NCBI RefSeq assembly: GCF_009914755.1
Contig: NC_060947.1
Strand: one strand, 5' to 3'
Source: the human T2T-CHM13v2.0 reference genome, Homo sapiens
DNA: 64,000 nt
Numbering within the stretch: position 1 is the first letter of the stretch; every line of letters starts with the position of its first letter. The translations under genes and the position numbers were made by a program. Shown here piece by piece: positions 13,701 through 28,397 of the stretch. The notes beneath the pieces were generated by a model. That model worked only from the letters and a program-made list of their open reading frames with translations, ran no database searches and was not told the DNA's origin.

Positions 13701-14079
13701 TTTCTTAGTCAGTTTGAATGGCTGTAATAGAATACCACCGACTGGGTGGCTTAAATAACAAATATTTATTTCTCACAGTTTTGGAGTCTGTGGATTTCAA
13801 CATCAAGGTGCTGGTAGAGTCAGTGTCTGATGACGACTCTGTTAGTGGTTTGTAGACGGCCATCTTCTCACTGTGTCTTCATAAGATGGAGAGATAAAAG
13901 GAGGACAAGCTGGCTCTCTTGAGCCTCCTCTTATAAGAGAACTTATTTCATCATGAGGGCTCCACCCTCAGGACCTAATGACATCTAAAAGCCCCCATCT
14001 CCAAATATCATCACATTGGGGATTAAGGTTTCAACATCTGAATTTGGCAGGTGGGGACATGAATATTAAGTCCGTAGCA
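13701..14079 (-). mobile_element. MLT1A-type MaLR LTR
   Basis: ttagtcagtttg...gactgggtggcttaaataacaaatatttatttctcacagtt...tccgtagca. Confidence 0.85.
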
Positions 14080-14580
14080 TCGAGGAAGTAATCCAAGAGA
14101 CTAAATTTGCTGCTAAGAGGGCCTGAGGCTCTCTGAGGAGCTCAGATTATAAAAGATACATAAGAACCTGGGAGGAGGAAGATAGCAATCAAAGACTTCA
14201 AACCACGAGAACAGCATAGACCTGTAACGGTAATGCAAGAAAGACTAGATAGAGAGAACCGAGCCTTGCTGAAGGGCATCTGAATTTGAAGGTTCACTGC
14301 TGCAATGGAATCTGTTTTGTTTACCTATTTTCCCTCACTCCTTTTGAAAACAGTACCCACATTCTTTGGAGAAACTGTTCTCTCCCCCTACTACCATCAC
14401 TCCGATTCCAACAAAGCAAACTAAAAAGATGTGAGTCTTCCAGTTTGGACAAATAATATCTGAGAATACAAAAGCAATTTGCAAAAGATGTCTGTAAAAT
14501 ATTTACAATCTATGGGAAATAGAAGCACTTCCTGAAGACAGGAGATGGATAAGTGTCTTGGTTTTCAAAAAGGGAAAGAA

Positions 14581-14885
<305 letters not shown>

Positions 14886-15758
14886 AAGAAGTGAGGTGAG
14901 GAGAAGGTCAATGATACAGATGTTAACTGTGAATTTCAATGTTAATTCTCTCTTAAGAATATCAAATGGGTGGTGTCTGAACTTCCAGAGAGAAAAGAGG
15001 TGATGCTTAAAAAGCAACAACATGAATTTACTAAGAAAAAACAGCATGACAGACAGGTCTTGGTTTATTTCGTGATATGTTTATTAGACTAGTATATCAA
15101 AGGAATCCTATGGACATAGAGTTTCTGTATTTCTGCAAGACATTTTTCATTCTTTCATGGCATCCTTGTGAAAAAGGTGGGGAAACTGGATGGATGATAA
15201 GATAGCTTGGCAGCATAACCACTCCATGACGAGAATGCCGATTAATGGATCTATCTTTGTCAAATCTAGCAAATTTTGTCAAAGGTCTGTATTGAACAGG
15301 GCTGTTTTCCTAGCGTGGTCTTTTTCAACACCTCTTTAAGCAATCTAGATATGGACTGAACAGCCCTGGTTATCAGTGTATGGAGAACAAGAAGCTGGGA
15401 GGGAGTGTGAATAAATCAGATGACAGAGCAAGATCCAACCTGGCATTGGCCCAGGAATGATGTATCAGTCACCTAGTATCTTTTGAAATAAGGCAGGAGA
15501 TAAATGCATAAATACATGCATAAATGGCCATGTCTATTAAAATGAAATTTAAATAGGACACGTTTTAGTGTTCTACCCTTGGAACTAAAGTTAAGGCTGT
15601 AGGGAGAACTTGCTAAATAGCAGCATGTGGATAAAAAGACAAAGATTTTAGTGCCCTGAATCCAGTAAGAGCCAAGGGCATGATGAGACTGCAAAACCAA
15701 GTGTGTGTGTAGCGGCAGGGGGACCAAAGGATTTCTGGGCTGTTTAAATAGAAATATA

Positions 15759-16035
15759 GGCTGGGCACAGTGGTGCACACCTGAAATCCTAGCACTTTGG
15801 GAGGCCAAGGCGGGTGGATCGCTTGAGCTCAGGAGTTTGAGACCAGCCTGGGCAACATGGTGAAACACTGTTTCTACAAAAAATACAAAAATTAGCTGGG
15901 CATGGTGGCACATGCCCGTAGTCTCAGCTGCTTGGGGAATTGAGCTGGAGGTTGAGGCTGCAGTGAGCTGTGATCATGCTACTGCACTCCAGCCTGGATG
16001 ACACAGCGAGACCTGGTATCAAAGAAAAAAAAAAG
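15759..16035 (+). mobile_element. AluJ
   Basis: Dimeric Alu; agaaatata TSD. Confidence 0.95.
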
Positions 16036-16532
16036 AAGAAATATAGTATTCTGACTGTTCTATGCTTTGATAATCAATCTTTACTATACTTTTATTTATT
16101 ATGTTCAATTCTGGGGAACGTATTTCATGAAAGACATAGACCAATTTCAACTCCCTCATAGGAGTCATATCATATAGTGCTATAAATCATGATATATGAA
16201 CAACAGCCAACATGAATGAGAATAGTTAGCTCAGGAAATAAAATATTTAGGGGCAAAAAGATGACTCTCTTACAGCATTTAAAGAGATGAGATATAAGAG
16301 AGAATTCTGCTTCGTTCCAAGAGGAAAACAAAGATCAATGGATGAAAGTTACAGGGTGATAGATTTCAGATAAAATATAAATAAGTACTATGTAAAAATA
16401 GGAGTCTGGAATTGAAGTAGATGATCTCCTAGTTGTTGGAGATGTCCAAGGAAGGGCTGGACAGTCAGAAACTTAAGGATCCTTTCAGTTTGGTGATCCC
16501 CAAAAGCCCAATTCGGACCTGCTATTGCTTTG

Positions 16533-16533
<1 letters not shown>

Positions 16534-16574
<41 letters not shown>

Positions 16575-16582
16575 ATGTGTGT
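16534..16582. repeat. (TG)n microsatellite
   Basis: More than 20 TG units. Confidence 0.95.
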
Positions 16583-16737
16583 GCTTCCACTCTTAACAGA
16601 AATGAAGTGTTTCATGAGTTATGTCAGAAGTCTAGGAACAGTCAGGTACGATGGGCGAGACCAATGTCTAGAATTTCCCTTGAATTGCCCCAAAGCACCT
16701 AACACACAAGCACTCAATGAAGGGGCTCTTTTCTTGA

Positions 16738-17061
<324 letters not shown>

Positions 17062-17404
17062 GCTTTGCTATTTTATACCTATTTTCTATTCATGATTTAA
17101 CCTTGAATTGAGGCAGTTTTCTTCCTCTTAAATAAAAGTCTTTCCTTCCACTGCTTCTTTTGTGCTTGTGGGTATCTCCCAATGTAAGAGTGGAGAATCA
17201 TGTCTTTTCACAACTCCTTTAGAAACTGTAACTCCTCACTGTGATTTCCATCACTGCAAATTCACAGTAAGTAAATATACTTTTCTAATTTAATTTTTCA
17301 ATTGTTCTTTCTGCAACAGGGCTTTGTTTAGGAAGGTACTTGGTATTTGTCACAAAAGCCAGAAAGAGCTTTTCAGGGCACCACACAAAACAGTATGCCC
17401 TCCA

Positions 17405-17600
17405 AGTCAGGCAGACCCAGGCTTAAAATCTTGGCTTTTTCTCATACCTTAGCTTGCTTAATCTCTCAGAACCTCAGTTTCCTCATCTATTAAATTAGGT
17501 CAATATTATCTATATGTTTGAGAAAGTTATTTTGAAGATGAAATAAAGTATGCCAAGGACCCATCATGATGCTTAGTACGTAGTAGGTATGCAGTGACAC
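17405..17600 (+). mobile_element. MIR
   Basis: gcttaatctctcagaacctcagtttcctcatctattaaa is the MIR core. Confidence 0.75.
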
Positions 17601-17663
17601 AGTGGAATGTGAATATTAGTATTAACACACAGTAACTTCCCAACAATTCTCGGCTCTCCTTAA

Positions 17664-17873
<210 letters not shown>

Positions 17874-17903
17874 TAATATTTATATTTAAAATATTTAGTG
17901 CTC

Positions 17904-18206
<303 letters not shown>

Positions 18207-18943
18207 TTAGCGTCAATTTTTCATTTCTTTCTCTAACCTAACCATTTAACTACAGCTAAAATGTCTTAACTTCATATTTATTTATAGGCTTGTTTAAAAA
18301 GTTTGTCACAATGGTAACCAAGTCCAAGGGATGTGTTTGTCAGTAGCCTAGACTTTTTTCTACTACCTATCCTCAGTGTAGGTCTGAAGCTATAGATTTT
18401 TTAAAACATGTTAACCAGAAAAAAGCAATTGCAGGGTTCCTGCTTCTGTAGCCTGCCCTAACTGAGCCGAAGGCACTGACTATTTCTTTCTCATACTTTG
18501 CAGAAATTGGCTTCCTCTGTTTGATTTGAAGTCATGAATCTGGATCGCAGTGAGCGGTACACTCTGTTTAATGAATCATTAGTAGAACAGAGAAAAGAAC
18601 AGACTCAATTACATGCTGGGGTGGTTAGCCAGCCTTTCCCTGAACATTGCTCTACTCCAACCTACGCTGAAACAGGGAGGCCTTTGTATGGCAACAACTC
18701 TCTCACCAGTAGTTCTGTCTGTTGAACTTAAGACCCATATTCTACATTCTTGATTGATTTTAATCTGACTTGGCAGCTTTCTTAAGTACTGTGGCCATCT
18801 GCAAGCAGAAATAATGAAGGCTTTGTACAAACGGCATAGCTGCTGAGCTCCCTGCCTTGTTTTCCCCCTTTTTGTCTTCTTGACCACATACTCCATCACC
18901 TGTGGGTATCAAATTCCAATTAGTGGCCCTTCAGGGTCAGGCT

Positions 18944-19245
18944 TTTTAAAATTTTTATTTTTTTGACACGGGGACTTGTTCTGTCACCCAGGCTAGAGTG
19001 CAGTAGTGATATCACGGCTCACTGCAGCCTTGATCTCCTGGGCTCAAGTGATCCCTTCACCTCAGCCTCCTGAGTAGCTGCGGCTACAAGTGTGCGCCAC
19101 CATGTCCAGCTAATTTTTTTATTTTTTGTAGAGACAGGGTCTACCTATGTTGTCCAGGCTGGCCTTGAACTCCTGGACTCAAGGATCCTCTAGCCTCAGC
19201 CTCCTGAAGTGCTGGGATTACAGGGGTGAGCCACTGTGCTCAGCT
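18944..19245 (-). mobile_element. AluJ
   Basis: Antisense Alu; TSD agggtcaggct. Confidence 0.95.
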
Positions 19246-19379
19246 GAGGGTCAGGCTCTTGGGGCTTGCTCAGAGCATGATAAGTCAGAGAGGTAAGGGG
19301 AAAGAGAGTGGGGGATAGATAAACAGATAAACAAATAATCAAGTGATGATAAGTGCCACCCTTCTGTGCTGTGCATCTG

Positions 19380-20188
19380 GGTCTCCGGCCTCAGAATATT
19401 GAAGTTCCCTGAACAAGCTATGTTTTCTTACACCTCAGTGACTGTGAATGCCTGTGGAGCCCTTCCTTGGCCTTCAGAAACATCTCAGTCCTTTTCAACC
19501 CTTCAGTGAGGCCTCCTTGATATTCCCCACATCATAGCCCCTCCTATGACAAATGGTTGTCCATCCACTCCTACTAATCTGGAGGCTCTTTACAAACAGG
19601 GACCATGTATTTTTATTCTCTGCATCTCAGAAACCTAATGCAGTTCCTGGAAAATAAAGATTGCTCAATAATTCTTAGCTGATTGACTGCATGGGTAAGG
19701 GGAAAGTTGAAGCCCAACCTTGATTTATCGCATAAATAATTACTGAGCACCTGTGACATGGCAGGGGTGCCAGACAAACCAACAATAAACCCATAAATGT
19801 GTCAGGTAGTGAAAAGTGCCAAGAGGTAAGATGAAGGGAGTAACCGCAGAAGTCACACAATAAGTAGATAAATAAATAGGTCAGGAGGTGATAAATAAAT
19901 CTCAAGCGAGAGAGATGCCAGAGAGGGGCTGTGGGGGTTGCTATTTTGAATAGAGTGGTCAGGGAAGGCCTCTCTGGCAAAGTGATATTTTAGCACAGAT
20001 CTGAAGAAAGTGAGGAAATGAACCAGGTAAAATGTGGGGGATAAGGTTTCCGGGCAGAGTGAACAGAGTGCTTAGCAGGAGGAAGCATGGCATATTTGAT
20101 GTAAGGAATCGGAAGGAAACTAGTATGGCTAGAGTAGAGCAAGCAAAGAGGAGGGTGGTGGGAAGTGAGATCAGAAACAAAGAAGAAA
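19380..20188. mobile_element. L2 fragments, tail-to-tail (plus then minus)
   Basis: L2 3'-end motifs (agggaccatgtattttattctctgcatctcagaaacctaatgcagttcctgg; gtggtcagggaaggcctctctg). Confidence 0.7.
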
Positions 20189-20295
20189 GGCTGGGTGTGG
20201 CAGGCTGAGGCAGGAGGGTTATTTGAGCCCAGGAGTTCAAGACCAGCTTGGGCAACATAGTAAGACATCATCTCTACAAAAAATAAAAATAAAAA
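20189..20295 (+). mobile_element. FLAM Alu monomer with deletion
   Basis: Left-arm Alu with A-tail; agaaacaaag(a/g)agaaa TSD. Confidence 0.85.
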
Positions 20296-20339
20296 AGAAA
20301 CAAAGGAGAAAAAAACACAGATGAAAGATGCAGCACCTG

Positions 20340-20800
20340 TTGGCTGTTAGTATGGGTTTGGGCCCCAGTGAATATGATAAACAATCAGAGAAAACTTACA
20401 AATGAGACCCTTAATGCCTATAGTTGGAAAGTAGGAGAAACACCAGAGAAATGGAGGAGATGAGTCGTGATTCTGAAAAAGGAGACAATATCAGACATAA
20501 CAGTCTAGCATACTTGATGTTATTCCCAGGTAATGGATTACAATATTCAAAGAATGATTTGCAAGCACCCACACAGGAAAGTAGTGAGCTGTGGAAGGAG
20601 GACAGAGGGGTCTCAAAGAACATCATGTCTGATCATCAGATTTGCTTTTACTTCTACCTTCACTGATGATGTTAGGCTTGTTGATCAAAGTAATGTGGTA
20701 CAAACAGTGTGCAGTTTTCTCCAACGCATTTGGCAAGGACTTGGTATCCTTGTGGACAGGATGGACAGGCATGCTCTGCATGATCGCTGTTAGATGGCTT
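20340..20800 (+). mobile_element. Second L3/CR1 remnant (RT region)
   Basis: gttaggcttgttgatcaaagtaatgtggtacaaacagtg...gcatttggcaag...atccttgtggacaggatgg...gttagatgg is a degenerate CR1 RLVDQGN.VD...AF.K...ILV.KM...VRW. Confidence 0.6.
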
Positions 20801-20804
20801 TGTT

Positions 20805-22025
20805 CTTTTTTCCCATTCTTATTTTTTATTGTGGTAAAATATGCATAACATTAAATTAACCATTTAAATTTTTTTTAAGATATACAGTGCAGTGGCATTA
20901 AGTACATTCACATCATTGTACAACCATCACCACTATCTAGTTCCAGAATTTTTCATCACCCCAAAAGGAAACTCTATACCTATTAATAGTACCTCCCCAT
21001 TCCCCGCTTTCTCCAGCCCCTGGAAACCACCCATCTGCTTTCTTTCTCTATGAATTTGCTTATTCTGGACAAATATAAATTCTCTTTATATTCTTTTTAT
21101 ATAAATAGAATCATACATTATCTGACCTTTTTTGTCTGGCTTCTTCCACTGAGCAAATTATTTTCAAAATTCATCCATGATGTAGCCTATAGCAGTACTT
21201 TCTTCTTTTTTATGGATGAATAATTTTCCATTTTATGGATAGACCATATTTTGTTATCCATTCACTTGTTGATGGACATTTAGGTTGTTTCCACCTTTTG
21301 GCTGTTGTGAATGAATAGTACTGCTATGAACATCTGTATACACATTTTTATTTGAACATCTGTTTTTATATATTTTGGGTATATACCTAGGAGTGGAATT
21401 GCTGGGTCATATGGTAATTCTATGTTTAGCCTTTTGAAGAAATGACAAACTGTTTTCCAAAGCAGTGACACCATTTTACATTCCCACTAGCAGTGTATGA
21501 GGGCTCCAATTTCTCTGCATCTTCAACAACACTTGTTATTTTCTGTTTTTTGTTTTTTCGGGTTTTTTTTTTTTATAGCTATCCTAGTTGATGTGAAATG
21601 GTATCTCATAATGGATTTGATTTGCCTTTCCCTAATAACTGATGATGTTGAACATCTTTTTATATGCTTGTTGGTCATTTCTTTATCTTCTTTGGAGAAA
21701 TATCTGTTCAAGTTTTTTTGTAAATTTTTAATTGGGTTGTTGGTCTTTTTGTTTTTAGATTGTAAGAGTTATTTTTATATTTTTGATATTAGAACTTTAT
21801 CAGATATACAATTTGAAAATATTTTTCCCATTCTGTAGGTTTTTTCACTTTCTTCATAATGTCCTTTAATTCACAAAAGTTTTTAATTTTGATGAAGTCC
21901 AGTATATCTATTTTTTTTCTTATATTGCTTATGCTTTTGGTGTCATGTCTAAGAATCCACTGCCAAATCCAGAGTTATGAAGATTTACCCCTAGGTATTT
22001 TTTCTAAGAGTTTTATAGTTTTAGC
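20805..22025 (-). mobile_element. L1MB-type 3' fragment (~1.2 kb)
   Basis: Antisense ORFs resemble the ORF2p C-terminus (HIKRCSTSSVIRERQIKSIMRYHFT; LPYDPAIPLLGIYPK), followed by an L1M 3'UTR. Confidence 0.9.
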
Positions 22026-22594
22026 ATTCTTACTAAGCTGCTACTGTACATATTCATGGAGAAGTTGGAAGGGGCAGGGAGCACTCTATCTATCATGTAA
22101 CACTGGGAATTGTGAAGGCCTTGGGCAGTCAGTCAGAGGAAGAAGGGCCTCTTGGTTAGAGGAACATCTTGCTGTCGGAAGCCTGCCAGGAGAGTTGGCT
22201 TCCCAGCATCCATTCGGCCTGAAGAGCTGGCAGACCTTCTTCCAGGGGCATTAAGCACAAGCTTCCTTTCAGGGGCAGAAGTTAACTGGACCTTAAGTGG
22301 GGTTTCTACAGTGAAATCAGAGATTAGAAAAGACACTGTATGAATAGGTAGGCTACAAAAAGTAACGCAGAACCAACTGTGCAGCTCTGCAGAGCTCCCT
22401 TGATGCATGTATGAGTAAGGAGTCCTGAAACAAAATCCCAAGAGGCGATCAGGAGCCACTTGGCTGCTTTCCCAGGAGCCTTGTAGGAACTGCTTGACTT
22501 GGTCTGGGGTGATGACCAGACAGAACACGAGGTGTTAGCCTCTGCACACACTCTTCCCTTGGCTATGTCTATGTGGTTTTCCTACACATTCTAA

Positions 22595-22926
<332 letters not shown>

Positions 22927-23050
22927 CTCTTTCTTCTATTTTAAAGAACCCTTGTGATGACATCAGGCTCACCCAGTAATTGGGGACAATCTCCCTGTCT
23001 TCAAGTCAGCTGATTAGCAGCTTTAACTCCTCTTTGCTGTGTAAGGTAAC

Positions 23051-25829
23051 TGTATTAGTCAATTTTCATGCTGTTAATAAAGACATAACCACGACTGGGT
23101 AATTTACAAAGGAAAGAGGTTTAATTGACTCACAGTTCAGCATGGCTGGTGAGGCCTCAGGAAACTTACAGTCATGGCAGAAGAGGAAGCAAACACATCC
23201 TTCTTTACATGGTGATATGGTTTGGCTGTGTCCCCAACCAAATCTCATCTTGAATTGTAGCTCCCATAATTCCCATGTGTTGTGGGAGGGACCCAGTGGG
23301 AGATAAATGAATCATGAGGCAGTTTTCCCCATACTGTTCTTGTGGTAGTGAATGAGTCTCATGACATCTGATGATTTTATAAGGGGAAACCCCTTTCACT
23401 TGGTTCTCATTCTCTCTCTTGTCTGCTGTCATCTAAGATGTGCCTTTCGCCTTCCACCATGATTGTGAGGCCTCCCCAGCCACATGGAACTGTGCGTCCT
23501 TTAAACCTCTTTTCTTAATAAATTACCCAATCTCAGGTATGTCTTTATCAGCAGCATGAAAATGGACTAATAGACGTGGTGGCAGCAAGGAGAAGTGCAG
23601 AGCAAAGGTGGGGTAGCCCCTTATAAAACCATCAGATCTTGTAAGAACTCACTCACTGCCATGAGAATAGCAGCATGGGGGTAACTGCCCACAAGATTCA
23701 ATTACCTCTCACCAGGTCCCTCCCATGACACGTGGGCATTATGGGAACTACAATTCAAGATGAGATTTGGGTGGGGACATAGCCAAACCATATCATTCTG
23801 CCCTTGGCCCCTCCCAAATCTCATGTACTCACATTTCAAAACACAATCATGCCTTTCCACAATCCTCCAAAGTCTTAACTCATTCCAGTATTAACCCAAA
23901 AGTCCAAGTTCAAAGTCTCATCTGAGACAAGGCAAGTCCATTCTGCCTATGATCCTGTAAAATCAAAACAAGTTAGTTATTTCCTCAATACAATGGGGGT
24001 ACAGGCATTGGGTAAATAACTCGTTCCAAATGGGAGAAATTGGCCAACATAAAGGGGTACAGGCCCCATGCAAGTCTGAAATCCAGCAGGGGAATCAAAT
24101 CTTGAAGCTTTGAAATGATCTCCTTTGACTCCATGTCTCACATCCAGGTCATGCTGATGCAAGAGGTGGGTTCCCATGGTCTTGGGCACCTCCACCCTTC
24201 TGGCTTTGCAGGGTACAGTCTCCCTCCTGGCTTCTTTCACAGGCTGGCCTTGAGTGTCTGTGGCTTTTCCAGGCGCACAATGCAAGCTGTTGGTGGATCT
24301 ACCATTCTGAGGTCTGGAGGATGGTGGCCCTCTTTTCACAGCTCCACTAGGCAATGTTCCAGTGGGGACTCTGTGTGGGGTCTCTCACCCTACATTTCCC
24401 TTTTGCACTGGCCTAACAGAGGTTCTCCATGAAGGCCCTGCCCTTGCAGAAAACTTCTGCCTGGACATCCAGGCATTTCCATACATCCTCTGAAATCTAG
24501 GTGGAAGTTCCCAAACCTCAATTCTTGACTTCCATGCACCCACAGGCCCAATACCACATGGAAGCTGCCAAGGCTCGGGGCTTGCACCCTCTGAAGCCAT
24601 GGCCCAAGCTGTACCGTGGCCCTTTTTAGCCACAGCTGCAGAGGCTGGGACACAGAGCACCAAGTCCATAGGCTGCACACAGCAAGAAGGTCCTGGACCT
24701 GGCCCAGGAAACCAATTTTCCCTCCTAGGTCTCCAGGGCTGTCATGGGAGGGGCTGCTGTGAAGGTCTCTGACCTTGAAATGTTTTCAATTTTTCCTAAT
24801 TGTCTTGGTGATTAACATTTGGCTCCTCATTCCTTATGCAAATTTATGCAGTCAGCTTGAATTTCTCATCAGAAAACAGATTTTTCTTTTCCATCACATC
24901 TTCAAGCTGCAGATTTTCTGAACTTTTATGCTCTGCTTCCCTTTTAAACATAAGTTTCAATTCCAAACCATATCTTGGTAAATGAATAAAACTGAATGCT
25001 TTTAAGAGCACCCAAGTCATATCTTAAACACTTTGCTGCTTCAAAATTTTTTCCACCAGATACCCTAAATCATCTCTCTTAAGGTTCCACAGATCTCTAG
25101 GGCAGGGGCAAAATGCTGCCAGTCTCTTTGTTAAAGCATAGCAAGAATCACCTTTGGTCCACTTCCCAATAAGTTCATCATCTCCATGTGAGACCACCTT
25201 GCCCTGGACCTTATTGTTCATATCACTGTCAGCATTTTGGTCAAAACCATTCAACAAGTCTCTAGGAACTTCCAAACTTTCCCATATTTTCCTATCTTCT
25301 TCTGAGCCTTCCAAACTGTTCCAACTTCTGCCGGTTACCCAGTTCCAAAGTCACTTCCACATTTTCAGGTATCTTTATAGCAGCACCCCAATACCCAGTA
25401 CCAATTTACTGTATTAGTCTGTTCTCATGCTGCTAATAAAGACATACCCAAGACTGGGTTCTGTTCTCATGCTGCTAATAAAGACATACCCAAGGCTGGG
25501 TAATTTATAAAGGAAAGAGGTTTAATTGACTCACAGTTTGCAGGGCTAGGGAGGCCTCAGGAAACTTACGAATGTGGCGGAAGGGAAAGCAATCATGTCC
25601 TTCTTCACATGGCAGCAGCAAGAAGCAGAACGAAGTTGGGGGAGGGGGAAGCCCCTTATAAAACCATCAGCTCTTTTGAGAACTCACTCACTATCATGAG
25701 AACAGCAGCATGGGGGTAAGTGCCCCCAAGATTCAATTACCTCCCTCTGGGTACCTCCATGACATGTGGGGATTATGGGAACTACAATTCAAGATGAAAT
25801 TTAGGTGGGGACACAGCCACATCATATCA
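23051..25829 (-). mobile_element. Full THE1D-type MaLR provirus (LTR 23051-23793, internal region to 25409, LTR 25410-25829)
   Basis: Two LTRs reading tgtattagtc...catatca; internal ORF remnants (MEGSEEDRKIWESLEVPRDLLNGFDQNADSD); 5-bp TSD gtaac at 23046-23050 and 25830-25834. Confidence 0.92.
23213..23574 (+). mobile_element. THE1 (C-like) solo LTR inserted antisense into the THE1D LTR
   Basis: tgatatggtttggctgtgtcccc...ggactaataga; TSD catgg (23208-23212) / cgtgg (23575-23579). Confidence 0.9.
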
Positions 25830-27392
25830 GTAACATATTCACAGGTTCTAGGGATTAGGACAGACATAGGCATCTTTGGTGGGGGGCATTAATCTGCTTA
25901 CCACATCTTTGTCATCTTTAGGACTTGAAAGGCTCTCCAAACTTCTGAGGAGTTGCTCAGCATTCTTACCTGGAAAGGAATGAAATTATGGACATCTTTA
26001 TTGTCTGACATTTTTCTTTCATTGCAAATAGCTTGCTCCAGGGCTTCTGCAGTCTTTGGGCATAAGCCTTGTGACCACCTAGTCACTGGTCATTCCAACT
26101 CAGCCAGGTGACTTGTCAACAACAACCCCAGGGAAGACATATCCCACCCCCAAGTGAACCCTTCTGTCTTTGGAAAACACAGAAACACCTATAGCATTAG
26201 GTCAAGTGGTATTTGCCCCACATTGAGTGCCAGCTATTACATCCTGGGGCAAGGACAAATACTATACACAGCACATAATGCAGGGGTAAAGCAGATTGGC
26301 TGAGGAAGCTTAGAGGTATAGTGTCAATGAAATATATGGCAGACAATGTCATACATACTTGTGCCACCCCTCCCCCTACCTAAACTCTTCTCTTTCTATA
26401 CATAAGTGTTTTGAGGCTGGGTATGGTTGGAAGCACCAAGGCTTGGCTCCAGGAGAAGGACTCTGCACCCCAGTACTGATACAGAAGTTGGGAGAGGGTA
26501 AAGGACACCTGACTGGGAATGTGTCATTAGGTATTAGAAGGACATGGGTTAATGGGTAATGGAATGGCCTTGCCTAGGTGAGGATCATCCTAATGCTGTA
26601 TGTGAGCCATCTGAAATTTGCATATAGCAACCACGACTCTTGGCTGAAAATCTTGCAGTCATTTCTAGGAGACAGCCTGTTGCTAGGCTCCCTGAGGAGA
26701 GGCACAGGGTGGTCCAGCAGACCGCCCATTTTTTTTGAGATGGCAAACTGATCAAATTTTCAGATGACACTAGAATGAAAGGAATACCAATTTGAGAATC
26801 AGGATTTGAAAGATTGCAGCAAGCCAGAAAGATGAATAAAACCTAACCAGATGACATTTATTTGTGATTTCTTTCTTTTTTCTTTTCTCTTTTCTTTTGC
26901 AAGTGTGTCTGAATACCTCAACAGCATTAAGTTCAGAGTATGTAAGATGGGTCACCTGTGGAAAAAACTCTGAGGTTTTCTAGGCCAGTTGAAATACTAA
27001 TATACGTATGAATCGGAGATTAATTTTAAGGATTTGGTTCTTCCTTCAAAGAGTAACAAAGAACTAGAAAAAATAAGCATCTGCTTAAGAAAAATCAACA
27101 TGAAAATTGCTACTAGTGCTCTTAACAAGAGCTCAGAGGCTACCCCACTAGTAATAAAGCACGGAATGCAATAAAAGTGCTTGGATTTATTTCCAACATC
27201 CTTAACAGATGAATGCTAAAATTTGAGCAATATGTCTTCTTCTAAATCAGCAAACTCAAAAGCCACTGGTTACCAAACATTTTGCTTGATGTACTGATAT
27301 CTCTCCTCCACTCGTAGGAGCAGATTTTGCTAAGAACTCTACCTGCCAACCTGTCCCCCGACCCCCATGCCGTATGTAATTCAATTAATGAT

Positions 27393-28397
27393 TGTAAGAA
27401 AGAGTTCGGGGTGAATCCATAGAGTCAAGTGAAAGCAACTTTATTAAGAAAGTAAAGGAATAAAAGAATGGCTACTCCATAGTCAGAGCAGCAGTATGGG
27501 CTGCTCTACTGAGTATACTTACAATTATTTCTTGATTATATGCTAAACAAGGGGTGAATTATTCATGAGTTTTCCAGGAAAGGGGTGGAGATTTCCCAGA
27601 ACTGAGGGTCCTGTGGAGTCCTAATTAAGGAGAGGGAGTTGGGCTGGCAGGACCAAGGGAAAGCAAAAAGAGAAAGCAGATAAGCTATAAGTCTGCATTT
27701 CTTCATGGTCCCAGACATGTAGCCCTCCTGTGCCCAACTTGTCACCAGACACCTGCAAGTTAGCTCACTGCAACCTTGGTGTTATCAGTAGTGCACAAAG
27801 CCCTCTTCAGTACACAGCACAGTACCATTCTGTAAAATCCCCAGCAAGCCTTAGTCTCTTTGTAGTCAGCTCCTCTCTTGCTGTCTTCCTGTTGCCACCT
27901 TGCAAAGTATTTTCCTACTTTCTTTAACAAATCTGCCTTTCTTTACGTACAACTGTCTTGGTAAATTCTTCTTACCCCAGCACCACCAGCTCCAGGTAGT
28001 TGCTGCTCACTTGCAACAGATACCTCCCCTTTTTAGACCATAGAGGGTAACTTTTGAATGTTGCCATGGCATTTGTAAACTGTCATGGTACCCGTGGGAG
28101 TGTCTTTTAGCATGCTAACGTATTACTATTGGCATACAATGAACAGTGAGGATGACTAGAGGTCACTTTCATCACCATTTTAGTTTTTGTGGGTTTTGGC
28201 CAGCTTCTTTACCACATCCTGTTTTATCAGCGGGGTCTTTATGACCTGTGTCTTGTGATACCAGTCCTGCCCACTTCCTACTTCATCCTGTGACTAAGAA
28301 GGTCTGACCTCCAGAGAATGCAGCCCAGTAGGTCACAGCCTTATTTTACCCAGCCCCTATTCAAGATGGAGTTGCTCTGGTTTGATTGCCTCTGACA
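27393..28397 (-). mobile_element. MER41B ERV1 LTR, slightly 3'-truncated and interrupted by another LTR
   Basis: The reverse complement begins tgtcagaggcaatcaaaccagagcaactccatcttgaatagggg, the MER41 start. Retains tandem GAS motifs TTCCAGGAA (27572-27580) and TTCCCAGAA (27593-27601). Confidence 0.88.
27612..28018 (+). mobile_element. Solo LTR (LTR47-like; family uncertain) inserted in MER41B
   Basis: TG...CA ends (tgtggagtcctaatt...ttgcaaca); MER41 sequence resumes on both sides; TSD is degenerate. Confidence 0.7.
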
